64,000 nt of DNA from Scyliorhinus canicula (lineage: Eukaryota): the NCBI RefSeq assembly GCF_902713615.1, contig NC_052147.1, forward strand, positions 65,077,097-65,141,096, given 5' to 3'. Both the position numbers and the translations under genes were made by a program. How positions within the stretch are numbered: position 1 is the first letter of the stretch; every line of letters starts with the position of its first letter. Of this stretch, positions 50,880 through 63,029 are shown one piece after another. Under the pieces are notes generated by a model. That model had not been told where the DNA came from. It searched no databases and saw nothing but the letters and a program-made list of their open reading frames with translations.

Positions 50880-53860
50880 TCCACCCATACCCTCCTTCCT
50901 CTCGTGTCCATTGCTGGAAAGATCTATCCCCCAATTCACTTACAACTGCACTATCAAAATATCAACTATCTAACCTCTGGCCCTCTATTTGCCACAAGGT
51001 TTCCACAGCTCCTTATCTACTCAACTACACCCTCACCTCCCTAACCCTAATTTGGCCTTTCTCCCTGTTAATACTCTCAACTCTGCTTCTTTCAGTCCAA
51101 GGAACATAGACTTGAACTGATACGGCAGATAACTGGGCCAGCCATTCACCATCAGATCTGCTTGAATCATACAGGGCACTATCAGGTGCTGCTCTAAAGC
51201 TGCTCATTATTCCAGCAAATTCTGGAAAAAAAAAGATAACCCTCAGCTTCTTTTCTCCACTTTACGCTGGCCATACATTTGTGGCTCTTCCACCCTCACC
51301 TCCATGAATAAACGTGAAGAGCTCAGGACTGCTTTTGATGGTCTTGATCAAAGTGACAGTCAGCTGCCTATGCCAGAGGTAAACCACCCCACCTCATCCT
51401 TCTCGACATGTCAGAAATATTTGACACAGTTGACCATGCTATCATTCTCCAACGACGTCCCACTGTCGTCCAACTGGGTGGGACTGCTCTCACCTAGTTT
51501 CATTCCCATCTATCCAATTATCAGCAGACTCTCATTTGTAATGGCTGCTCTTCCCACTGCTGCATCATCCACTGCTGTCTCCCAAGGATCTATCCTATCC
51601 CTATTTCCCATCTTTGATAAGGTCCCTCATGGCAGACTGGTACAGAAGGTGGAGTCATAGGGGAACAGAGGTGAACTGGCAAGATGGATACAGAACTGGC
51701 TCGGTCATAGAAGACAGAGGGTAGCAGTGGAATGGTGCTTTTATGAATGGAGGGCTGTGACTAGTGGTCTTCCATAGGCATCAGTGCTTGGATAATCACA
51801 AACAGTGCTGTTTGTAGTACATATAAATATATAAATGATTTGGAGAAAAATTTAATTGGTCTGATTAGTAAGTTTGCAGATGACGCAAAGATTAGTAGAA
51901 TTGCAGATGGCGATGAGGACTGTCATAGAATACAGCAGGATATTGATTGGTTGGACACTTGGGTGGAGAGATGGCAGATACAGTTTAATCCGGACAAATG
52001 TGAGGTAATTCAATTTGGAAAGTCTAATACAGGTGGGAAATATACAGTAATATACGATACATCGGCCAGGCATCGAGTATAAAAATTGGCAAGTCATGCT
52101 GCATCTGTATCGATCTTATTTAGGCCCCACTTGGAATATAGTGTTCAATTCTGATCGCTATACTACCAGGAGGATGTGGAGGCTTTGAGAGGCTACAGAA
52201 GAGGTTTACCAGGATGTTGCCTGATATGGACGGCATTAGCTATGAGGAGAGGTTGGATAAACTCGGTGTTCTCACTGGAACGATGGAGATTGAGGGGTGA
52301 CCTGATAGAAGTCTACAAACGTATGAGGGGCGGACAGAGTGGATAGTCAGAAGCTTTTTCCCAGGGTGCAAGAGTCAGTTACTAACGGATATAGGTTTAA
52401 GGTGCAAAGTTTAGAAGAGATGTGTGAGGGAAGCATTTTACACAGAGGGTATTGGATGCCTGGAACCTGCTGTCGGAAAGTGGTGGAAGCAGGTACTATA
52501 GTGACATTTAAGGAGCGTCTTGACAAATACACGAATAGGATGGGAATAGAAGGATATGGACCCTGGAAGTGCAGAAGGTTTTAGGTTAGACGGGCAGCAC
52601 AGTTGGCGCAGGCTTGGAGAGCCAGTTCCTGTGCCGTACTTTTCTTTGTTCTTCTTTGTACAGGCTGCGCCTCGGCATCATCATTCAGGAGGCACAGCGT
52701 TTGATTCCCAGGTATACTAACAACACCCTGCTTTATCGCACCACTATTACTAAATTATCAGACTTTCTCCAATTAAATTTTGGGAAGACAGAAATTATTG
52801 TTTTGTCCCAGCTCCAAACTCTATTCCCTCAACACTGACTGACTCCCTCCCCCTGGCAATTGTCTGACTAAACTAGTATGTTTCCAATGTTGGTGTCATA
52901 TTTGACCCCAAGGTCAGCTTCTGACCACACATTCGGGCCATTGCCAAGACAGCCTATTTTCACCTCTGCAACATCACCAAACCTGGCCTCTGTCTCAATT
53001 CATCTTCTGCCGAAACTTTCATTCACTTTTGTTAGCTCTTGATTCAATTATTCCAATGCACTCCTGGCCAATCTTCCATATTTTACACCCCTAAATTTGT
53101 CACCCAAAACTCTGCCCCCCCCCCGTCTTAACTTCATAAAATTTATAGTGCAGCAGGAGGCCATTCAGCTCATCGAGCCTGCACTGGTCCTTGGAAAGAG
53201 CACCCTACTTAAGCCCATACCATCACCCTATCCCGCAACCCAACCAACCAAATTAGCATGGCCAATCCACCTAACCTGCACATCTTTGGACTGGGGGAGA
53301 AAACCAGAGCACCCGGAGGAAACTCACGCACACACGGGGAGAATGTGCAGTCTCCGCACAGTGACCCACATCAGAAATCAAACCCAGGTCCCTGGCATTG
53401 TGAAGCAACAGTGCTAGTCACTGTGCTACCGTGTCGCCCAACTTCACAAGGTTCTATTCACCTAATATCCATGTGCTTGTTTGTATTTGCTACCAGTCAC
53501 AAAATGTCTTAATTTGAAAATTCTCATCTCCCCATGGTCTTTTCCCTCTCTATCTCTAATCTCTCCAGTCCCATAATCTTCTGAGATAACTGCATTCATC
53601 TCATTCTCGCCTCTTTAGCACATCTCACTTTAATCACTCCACCATTGTTGGCTGTGCCTTCAACCACCTGGATCCCAAGCTCTGGAATTCTCTCTCTCAA
53701 CCTCCCTTAAAACACTCCTTAAAAGTGCCGCTCTGGCCAAGCTTTACATCACCTGACCTAGTATTTCCTTGTGTAGGTCAATGGCATAATTCTCCAGTGA
53801 AGTACATTGGGACATTTTATAGGTGAAAGGTGCTTCATAAATGTAAGTTGTTTCTTGTTA
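50880..53860 (+). mobile_element. Old L2 LINE interrupted by a CR1/HER1 (about 51612-52657) and an HE1 SINE (about 53135-53438)
   Basis: L2 RT remnants (FDTVDH, SQGSIL, LQLNFGKTE) and ATAAATGTAAGTTGTT end; CR1 SKFADDAK..FNPDKC. Confidence 0.75.
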
Positions 53861-54717
53861 TTTGTTGGTCCGTCATTTTTGAACTATATAGGTTTACAAA
53901 TGGCTGTTATTAACGCTGCTATCTTATTGGACAAATTCTCAAGAGTTCACACACCAAGATCTGAAAGCATTAACAACTTCAGATTTATTCAAACTAAGGA
54001 AAGCATGCATCCCAACACAAAAACGAAGGCTTGGCCATCTCTGCTGTATGTGGCAGTACAGAACTTTATAAATTTGGTCTACATCACGGTTCTGTATTTC
54101 CCTGTTTACCTGTACCTTTGACTAATTTTGGTAACTATGATATTTTTTACATATTGCATTGCTTTCTGTGTATCCTTAATGAAATTTTTCATAATACATT
54201 AGATTTTTAATTAATTGTAAACTACTTTTGGCATTTTCAAGGCCAGCTAGATTGTTTGAAGTAATTCTCACACCATATAAAAATATACTTGCTCCTTATT
54301 GCAGCAGCCTAAACCTTTTCTGCCATGTTTAGTGAGTAATTGGCAGCTGAGTACCTCCATCTTCATGCCATTAGATGTATTTCACTGCTGAAGCCGTCTT
54401 TGACGTTCTGTTACAACACTGTCTGTATCTACAGCAGGAGAGTAAATCACAGCTTTTGGATTCTGCATTTAACAGTCCATGTTTACACTCTGCTGTCTCT
54501 TTATTCCATAATGGTGCATGCTGCTCGCGTCATTGTTATTAATACAAGGTCTCGACCAGAAAATCTAAATATTACCCCTGGAGTAAACATTTAGGGTCTT
54601 TATATGAAGGCAAAACATTCATTTCGTGCACTGGTGAAATACAAATTTTTGCACATTTAACTAGTTTTTCTAAATTTGTGCCTACCTGAAAAAAGTGCAA
54701 TTCTGCTTCTTTCCATG

Positions 54718-55097
54718 CATTTGATAAGGTTCCACACGGTAGGCTATTGCAGAAAATAAGGAAGTATGGGATTGAAGGTGATTTAGCGGTTTGGATCAGT
54801 AATTGGCTAGCTGAAAGAAGACGAGGGTGGTGGTTGATGGCAAATGTTCATCCTGGAGTTCAGTTACTAGTGGTGTACCGCAAGGATCTGTTTTGGGGCC
54901 ACTGCTGTTTGTCATTTTTATAAATGACTTGGAAGAGGGTGTAGAAGGATGGGTTAGTAAATTTGCAGATGACACGAAGGTCGGTGGAGTTGTGGATAGT
55001 GCTGAAGGATGTTATAGGATACAGAGGGACATAGATACGCTGCAGAGCTGGGCTGAGAGGTGGCAGATGGAGTTTAATGTGGAAAAGTGTGAGGTGG
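54718..55097 (+). mobile_element. CR1 LINE RT fragment
   Basis: [35 protein letters not shown]. Confidence 0.9.
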
Positions 55098-55636
55098 TTC
55101 GCTCTCACATCACATTTGCTTCTCTTGCGAATCACTTGCAATCTGTTCTAGCTGCTTTGATAAAAATTGGAAATATTTAAAAATGCTAATCAGCAGCTGG
55201 TTTTCCTAAAGTGCTGGGATTATGCAAATCGTCTGAATCACACATTGTCACTTGGGTGTTTCCTAATTGCCTTTTGTACCATTAGCATGCTTATTCTGTC
55301 AACATTGCCATTCACTAGTATTTAAGAGACACTTTTAGGGATTAGTTATTGAGCATTTGTAGCATTCTACATGCCACATCAGCACGTTGTCTAATTTATC
55401 AATTTAACTTTTGTACGAATGACTTTGCCACCTTATCCTAATCCTGCAGATAAGAGAGTGAAACACACTACGCACAAGGAGAAAGAATTGTAGTGTTGGT
55501 TCAGATGCATTTCTGGGCAGTATATTACAATTTTTGATTCAAGGCAGATTGAATGAAGTGGACTGGACAGACCTAGGTTTACTGCTTACTCCATGTAATT
55601 CTCAACTAAGTGAAAATGGAGGTCAACGTACTGATT

Positions 55637-55924
55637 ATAGAATCCCTACAGTGCAGAAGGAAGCCATTGGACCCATCAGGTCTGCACCAACCCTTCGAAA
55701 GAGCACTCATGTCCACGCCCCTTCACACCCCGCCCCATTCCCGTAACCCCATAATCTAACCTGCACATCCCTGGACACTAAATTGCAATTTTGCATGGTC
55801 AATCCACCTAACCAGCACATCTTTGGACTGTGAGGAAACCGGAGCACCCAGTACAGACCCAAGGCTGCGATTGAACCCAGATCCCTGGCGCTGTGAGACA
55901 GCAGTGCTAACCATTGTGTCACCG
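55637..55924 (-). mobile_element. HE1-type V-SINE
   Basis: Head, partial V-domain and tail. Confidence 0.8.
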
Positions 55925-56503
55925 ATGATTAAAGGCTGGTTAAATTTAAATGCTTAGTGCAAAAAACAGCTGAGAGGATAGTTGATTTGGCTCCCTGGTG
56001 ACATTACAAAAAATAACATTGAAACGATTTCCAGGTAATGCAATGGAAAACTTTTACCAGATTGCAGTGTGCAAAATTTAAATTGCATAAGACTTGAGTG
56101 CCACATTGCTGCAAACTGCATTGTATTTACTGTCTTAATAAATTAGATAATTTTGTGCAAGATTCTTCTTTAACTTTGTAATGAAGAAAAAATCTTCCTT
56201 TATTCTTGAGAGATTTGGAATCATTGTTCAAATCTTGTTTAAAATAATTGCATCAATTAAGAAGATTAATTGGAAGAAAATCTTACATGAGCAATTAAAT
56301 GAAATTTCCAATAAATTTAATTTCTGAAGCTTAAGTTCCTACAATTTATGCCGAATACTGTAGAGTGATGCTATAATTTCTAAATATAGTAGTTGTAGAC
56401 TGCTTAATTCAAAATATAAATACTGCTAACTGTTCAGGTTTGGGTTAAAATGTGCGGAGTATTAGGTTTCAAAAAGCAACTATATTTATAATATGTCAAT
56501 CAC

Positions 56504-56641
56504 CTCTATAGCTTTTGCTGTGAAGAGCGAGCTTGTTGGACCACTCTGAAATGTCCTGGTCTGATTCAGATGAATTAATCCTTTGTGGTACTGCAGTGCA
56601 ATACGAGCTGTCACACCCGAGCCACAGGGACTTCTGTCAAC
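56504..56641 (-). CDS. L3HYPDH: L3HYPDH orthologue exon 4 (VDRSPCGSGVTARIALQYHKGLIHLNQTRTFQSGPTSSLFTAKAIE)
   Basis: TTAG acceptor, GTGATT donor, 138 bp, phase 0/0, DRSP motif. Confidence 0.95.
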
Positions 56642-57326
56642 CTAATCAAGATAAGTTAAACAAAAAAATGTCCAAAATGTTTTTATTTATGAATCATATT
56701 TGATCTTTTTAACTTTCAAATGTTTTCCTCAACTGCATTATAAATAATACGTCTGGACCAATTATTTTGACCTTGAATATTAGAAAGTATTAAATGTTGA
56801 TAGACAACATCGCAAGAATGCGAGGGTGCAAGTTCCAACTGTTGTTCAGGTGGCAGTCAGCTTTGTTTTAATCATGACCCTTCGTGTTTGCAGTAGAGCC
56901 ACTCCAGTGAAAATGGCAATTTCTCCTATAATGGATTTCGCTGGAGCTGCCCCGAGTGAGGAAGAAACCGATCAAGCGCAGGAAAATAAGACATGATCAA
57001 AATCGTCAAATTTCAACTGAGTTCATTAATTGCTTTTATACATAGATATTAACTGAATAGGTCTGGAGCGATACGTCCATTCCCATTTATTGTACACAAA
57101 ATGTGATGTACATTTTGATCAATAAACTTTTACTAATTAATCTTTCTTAAAACAAGTCTGATTGGGAATCGCGGCAGAGAAATTGAGCAGATATTTCGTG
57201 ACACTTTATAAGTAGGTCACCATGAAATCACTAAAGATCGCACAATGTTTACACTTCAAGACCTGTTCAAATGTGTGCAGTATGTTTATTGTAACAATGT
57301 TTATTAATCATAGTTACTTTATCTAC

Positions 57327-57449
57327 CTGAGCATCTGCAAAAACACAGATATTTGCTGTTGGCTCTTCAGAAAATTCATCTTTTCCATCAGTTAATATGG
57401 TGCCATAGAGGAAGGCAAGATCTTCACTGTCAGGGTGGTGGAGTTTAAC
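57327..57449 (-). CDS. L3HYPDH: L3HYPDH orthologue exon 3 (VKLHHPDSEDLAFLYGTILTDGKDEFSEEPTANICVFADAQ)
   Basis: TTTTACAG acceptor, GTAGAT donor, 123 bp, phase 0/0. Confidence 0.95.
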
Positions 57450-58285
57450 CTGTAAAAAAAATTATTACTGAGTAGGGTTTGATATTAACTTATTGGATCA
57501 ACTTATTGGATCAATAGCAATAGTTCTTCTCCGTAGATATCAGCAGCGTCAACTGAAATGAAATGAAAATGAAAATCGCTTATTGTCACAAGTAGGCTTC
57601 AAATGAAGAGGCTGTTATGGGAATTGAACCATGCTGCTGGCCTGCCTTGGTCTGCTTTCAAAGCCAGCGAATTAGCCCTGTGCTAAACAGCCCCAGCTGT
57701 GCTAAAAGCCCCAGCTAATTTTAATATTTATCATATTTAAGTGCTCTTCAGAATCTCAAAGTGTGTACCAGGTAAATTAATTAGAACAAAAATAGTTAAA
57801 TCAGGATTAAACAAAAAAATAATAAACCCGATGGTAGATTTATTTGAAGTAACGCATCCTTCAAAGGCCAAGAGTGGACTGAGTGTGAATTCTGGGCATA
57901 CCATTTTGTGGGTAATGCCTCCTGGTGGAAATGGTTTGAACTGACATTGAATGACACCAATCTGCTCAGTTGCCCACAGAATAGAATTCTTCTGCACACA
58001 CTGGATTATTGGACTAAACGTAAATGTAAGTAGTATATATGTTCCCTGTATTATTTTTAGAAATGAAGGAACCACATCTATTTTTTTAAATTCAGAATTC
58101 TTCATACATCCCTGGAGCCTGGGGAGGGAAAAAATGACTCGAAAGGGAAGGAGAGCTCTTTCCCACCAGAATTAACCTGTCAAGATTTAATGGGCTGGAC
58201 TGTACAGAGCGAGGTGGGGAACATACCACCCCGCCCTTGGTAGAAAAGTCGGTCACTTTAAAAAAGGTTGCCATGCATGGAAAAG

Positions 58286-58603
58286 AATCATAGAATCCCT
58301 ACAGTGCTATTTGGCCCATCGTGTTTGCACTGACCCTTTGAATGAGCCATGGCCACTCCCCCATACACCCTTCCCTATCTCCATTATCCCCATAACTCAA
58401 CCTGCATATCCCTGGACACTAAAGGCAATTTATCTTGGCCAATCCACCTAACCTGTACAACTTTGGACTGTTGGAGGAAACCGGAGCACCCGGAGGAAAC
58501 CCACGCAGACACTGGGAGAAAGTGCAAATTCCATACAGAGTCACCCAAGGCTGGAATTGAACCCAGGTCCCTGTGTGGCAGCAGCACTAACCACCATGCT
58601 GCC
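58286..58603 (-). mobile_element. HE1-type V-SINE
   Basis: Head, V-domain and tail. Confidence 0.85.
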
Positions 58604-59427
58604 CTGGATGTCCCACCCTTGAGAGCTGCTAGCCAATCTGATTGGCTGACAACTGAGTTGTCCCACAACACCAGAAGCAAATGGTGGCCACTGCTAGGAC
58701 CTTAAGGGATTCCCTGGGAAGTGTCATAAATGCAGGACTAAAACGTCAGAGCTTTTTGGGAAGGGAAGAATTAGGATAACAATAAGAAGGGAAGGTTGGG
58801 AGCTCAGGTCGGACAACATCTTTGTTAGGCAGAGATGCCCTTGATGTGCACAAGGCATGCCCCAAAGACGTGATTATGGTGGTGATGGAGGTGGAATTAG
58901 ACCCTTAATTGGCCTCAGTAAGCCAATGAACAGGCAGGCTGGCTGATGCCTTACTTGCCCACTACGATAAGGGACAATTGGAGAGGGGGAGGTGGACTAG
59001 CTGTCACATTTTACATGCTCCGACCCCGTCTCAAACATTCTGGCAGGCAGAGCTGTAAAATGCCCACACTTCTGTGAGCAGTAGTGCTCAGTGTACATTA
59101 AGGAATTATTTCATTTGGTGGTTTCATGCATGCTACTGATGGATATTTGTGCCAGTCAGCTTTCAAACAGAATGAATTTTGTAATAACTGCTGAATTTCC
59201 ATCCAAATACACACTAGTAAAATACTCCATCCATTTGCTAAGCGTTGTTTGGAATATCTTTCTGGATCGCAAAACCACGTAACAATAGTACTGCATCTGA
59301 CGATTTAATACAGTTCATATAAATTTTGAGAGTTCACTGGATATTCATTGACATTTTAAATCCAACTGGAAGGGGTAGGTGAAAAATGGGAATCACTCTT
59401 TCAGCTCATCCAAATAGGGGTGACCGG

Positions 59428-59647
59428 AATGGCGGCACTGCGGCTAGCACTACTGCCTCATGGTGCTGAGGTCCCGGGTTGGATCCTGGCCCCGGATCAC
59501 TGTCCATGTGGTGTTTGCATATTCTCCCCGTGGGTCTCACCCCCACAACCCAAAAAGATGTGCAGGATAGGTGGATTGGCCATGAAAAATTGCCCTTAAT
59601 TGGAAAAATAAATAATTAGGTACTCTTAATTTTATATTTAAAAAAAC
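59428..59647 (+). mobile_element. V-SINE with poly(A) tail
   Basis: 14-bp flanking duplication CAAATAGGGGTGAC. Confidence 0.8.
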
Positions 59648-60663
59648 AAATAGGGGTGACTGGCAACCTATGCCTGGATCACAATTAGCAAGATGAGCCC
59701 AGGGCTCAAGAATGCAATTTGAAAAATGGGTACACAAACTTTTGTAGGAACAGACTTGGATCCCAATTTGGTATTGGGTGGCGATTTTTCACAATTTAGC
59801 TTCCAAGCAGTCTTCATAATTTAACACAAGAGAAAGATATTAATCCTGATGTAGGGGTTTCACAGAGAATTAATACTGCTGCAAGACCCATAGGTTATCA
59901 GATATTACAATCAGAGTAAGAATGCAAGGGAACACAGGCCAGCTGATCAGACAGAGATGGAGTTCAGTGCAGAGAACATATAGCCTGGTATAGCCTAGGG
60001 AAAACAGTTCCAAAGTGATGTATTTGTATTGATGTGAAGATTATTAAAATTAACTTTGATTTTATGCCTGGTTAGAAACTTTAAATTGTATTCCGTCAGA
60101 AACTGAAAAATTCAATCCTGATGCAAATAGTGGTAACTCTCTCCAAAATGTATAAGTACAGACTGTGTTAATGCTTTGTGGGATATTCAGAAGTATTTCA
60201 ACCAGATCCTGGTCTTAAATAATGGATTAGTGTCAAGCTTATAAGCGTCGTCGGCGTACTTAGGCAAGTTATGACAATTCCAAACCAGATCACAGATCTG
60301 CAGCAGCTTGACATCCTGCATTGTACCAAAATGTGTGTGAAATTGTTAAGACTTTTGTGTTGAGTTTTCACAAGTGTCTGATCTGTCAAGGTTGAACATA
60401 GAACATATTGGATATTCGCCCAAATTTTCCTTAAGAGCACATTTTTGCCCTTCAATTAGGTCTGTGTGGTAGAATTAAGTAAAAATGTTTTTAGGCGCCC
60501 ATGAATGCCATCACTACATTCTCAGTTTTGTTGAGACAGGAGGGGGTCTATTCTTGAATTAAAAAGACAACATGCCTACACTTTCAGCATCTGTGAAAAT
60601 GAGGGGGCAAAATAAATTTGCAATTAGATTGATCAAGTCAGAATATTTGGCTTCTTCACGTAC

Positions 60664-60833
60664 CAGTGCTTTCACAGCATTAGTTACAGTTGCTGCTGCA
60701 TCTACAAGATCCCAGGTCCTGGAGGAACAAACATCCAAGCCAAAATGATCTGCACTCACAAATGCATAAAAAGCACCTCCATATGCAATATCCACCACAA
60801 TCTTCCCATGTCCTGGTACATCAACAGAAACAT
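60664..60833 (-). CDS. L3HYPDH: L3HYPDH orthologue exon 2 (DVSVDVPGHGKIVVDIAYGGAFYAFV..AVKAL)
   Basis: CTTTCAG acceptor, GTACGT donor, 170 bp, phase 1/0, DIAYGG.FY motif. Confidence 0.95.
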
Positions 60834-60922
60834 CTGAAAGAGAGATCAATAAACTTGTACTGTACATTGTATAGTACCTTTATAGTGGCTCTGATCTAAT
60901 GCACAGATTCTGCTAGTGAGTC

Positions 60923-61145
60923 CAAAGTGAAAATGCTGGAAAATGTCAGGTCTGGCAGCATCTGTAGGTGGAGAAAAGAGCTAATGTTTCGAGTCCAGAT
61001 GACCCTTTGTCAAAGCTTTGACAAAGGGTCATCTGGACTCGAAATGTTAGGTCTTTCCTCTCCCTACAGATGCTGCCAGGCCGGCTGAGACTACCAGCAT
61101 TTTCTCTTTGGTTTCAGATTCTCGCATCCGCAGAAATTTGCTTTT
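60923..61145 (+). mobile_element. Second-family PLE-derived palindromic insertion
   Basis: 58-bp perfect palindrome at 60987-61044 inside longer arms; 16-bp TSD ATTCTGCTAGTGAGTC (60907-60922, 61146-61161). Confidence 0.85.
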
Positions 61146-61709
61146 ATTCTGCTAGTGAGTCTTTTGTTGCATGTCCAGGAGACTGGTGCAACACCAAGAG
61201 AAAAAACATAAATAACAGTTTCCAACGCCCGAAAACATTTTAACTTTATTGAAGGCACCAAAGATGTTACATGGGTTTGTTTATGACATGATTCTCGACA
61301 TTTGGCACTGAGCATGGACACTTGTGAACAATTGTTTATGAATTTAAAATTAATGGCAGGAAAATTGTGTACATGGTGCACAAATTTCCAAGCCAGCTAC
61401 AATTTGGAGGGTAGATCTGTGCCAGGAGGAGGAATAGCTATTTTTTAAAATGAGGTGCTGACATATTGAAGTTCCAACGCAGTTAATAACACCAAAAACA
61501 GGCAAGGAACTAAATGATCCCACACTGAATTAATCACAGAAAATATCTGTATTCCTACCCAATCCATGACAAACCAGCAGAGAAATGCACCCTTGAGTTC
61601 TCGGTCCTCAATCCCGGTAGTGCCCAACCCATGTAATACAGGAGTCAAGGTTGCTGTGATTGCAAGCACCATCCACACCAAATAAATGATCAGAGATGTG
61701 AGGCATGTG

Positions 61710-61910
61710 ACAGAAAATGTTGAAAACACTCAGCAGGTCTGGTAGTATTTGTGGAGAAGGAAACAGAGTTAACATTTCAGGTTGATGGCCTATTTTGATG
61801 TCAGCTCATTGAGCTGAAACGTTAACTAACTAGGTTTCCTTCTCCACAGTTACTGCCAAACCTGCTGTGTGATTCTAACATCTTTTTTTTAAATTTTAGA
61901 TCTGTAGCAT
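61710..61910 (+). mobile_element. Older decayed PLE-derived hairpin
   Basis: Inverted arms related to 60923-61145; GAAACGTTAAC remnant. Confidence 0.6.
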
Positions 61911-62007
61911 ACAAAAAAACGTGAGCAGCACAGCGGTTAGCACTGCTGCCTCACAGCACCAGGGACCGGGGTTCAATTCCAACCTTGGGCGACTGTACGC
62001 AGGTTAG

Positions 62008-62265
62008 GTGGGGTTACGCGGATGGGTGGTAGGTGGGGTTACGCAGATGGGTGGGAGGTGGGGTTATGCGGATGGGTGGGGGGCAGGTGGGGGTTACGCG
62101 GATGGGTGGGGGGCAGGTGGGGGTTACGCGGATGGGTGGGGGGCAGGTGGGGTTACGCGGATGGGTGGGGGCAGGTGGGGTTACGCGGATGGGTGGGGGG
62201 CAGGTGGGGTTACGCGGATAGGTGGGGGGCAGGTGGGGTTACGCGGATGGGTGGGGGGCAGGTGA
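62008..62265 (+). repeat. G-rich minisatellite (about 28-30 bp, GGTGGGGTTACGCGGATGGGTGGGGGGCA) expanded inside an HE1 SINE (about 61923-62335)
   Basis: About 9 tandem units derived from the SINE's GGTGGGGTTAC segment. Confidence 0.9.
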
Positions 62266-62430
62266 GGTGCTCTTTTGGAGGGTCAGTGCAGATGCGATGG
62301 GCCGCTTGGCCTCCTTCTGTACTTGTAGGGATTTAATGGATCCACCCTGGGACATTAAAACAGCAGTTGACTACAGGGTGTATAAAGACTGCTGCTGCAG
62401 AGTCGTGCCCAGCTCCCCTCGCACTCCCAC

Positions 62431-62914
62431 CTGTAGCGAAGACGAAGGCGGGGACGCTGTGGAAGCGGACCCGGCCGCTCTTGCCCTTGTCGTACTGCAC
62501 GAAGGCCCGGACCAGGCCGCAGGGACAGTGGATGTTGACCTGACTTTCGGGGGAGCTGGGCTGGGCGATCAGCCCGTAGTCCAGGGCGAAGCGGCCGAGC
62601 GCCAGGACGGCGTGGCCGCACATGGTGCTGTAGCCCTGGTTGTGCATGAAGAGGACGCCGAAGTGAGCGTCCGGCCGCTCCGAGGCCACCAGCAGCGCCC
62701 CGTACATGTCCGAGTGGCCGCGGGGCTCGAAGAGCAGCCTCCGCCGCAGGCCGTCCAGCCGCTCGCGCACGTAGCGTCGCTTGCTCAGGATGTCCTCCCC
62801 CAGCACGGGAGGGAAGCCGTCGGTGATGATCCGCAGCGGCTCGCCGCCCGTGTGCATGTCCAGCACCGACACCGCGGCGCCGATGCCCGGCGGCGCTGTC
62901 AACGGCAGCTCCAT
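62431..62914 (-). CDS. L3HYPDH: L3HYPDH orthologue exon 1 (proline racemase superfamily; MELPL..DMHTGGEPLRI..EPRGHSDMYG..STMCGH..VPAFVFAT)
   Basis: CpG-island exon, ATG at 62914, donor G|GTGGGA; the five exons sum to 1041 nt = 346 aa + stop. Confidence 0.96.
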
Positions 62915-63025
62915 CCGGGCTCCCACTGACTGGGGCAGCGGATAAAGGTCAAATCCGCCGTCACCGGAAGTTGGCGGTGAGCGGAACAGGAAGTGCGAAT
63001 CTGGAACGGCAGCTGGATCTGAGGA
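62915..63025. promoter_or_regulatory. Compact bidirectional promoter region with ETS/GABP sites
   Basis: CCGGAAGT at 62964-62971 and CAGGAAGT at 62987-62994 between divergent ATGs. Confidence 0.6.
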
Positions 63026-63029
63026 ATGG
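63026..63029 (+). CDS. JKAMP: Probable first coding micro-exon (ATG G|gtaag) of JKAMP
   Basis: GGAATGG|GTAAGG strong donor; JKAMP lies head-to-head with L3HYPDH in human. Identity rests on synteny only. Confidence 0.55.

Noticed and set aside
57737-58120. 122-aa minus-strand ORF after a good acceptor-like site in L3HYPDH intron 2
   Set aside because: No recognisable motif, and exons 2 and 3 already join in frame; a cryptic exon cannot be supported without RNA data.
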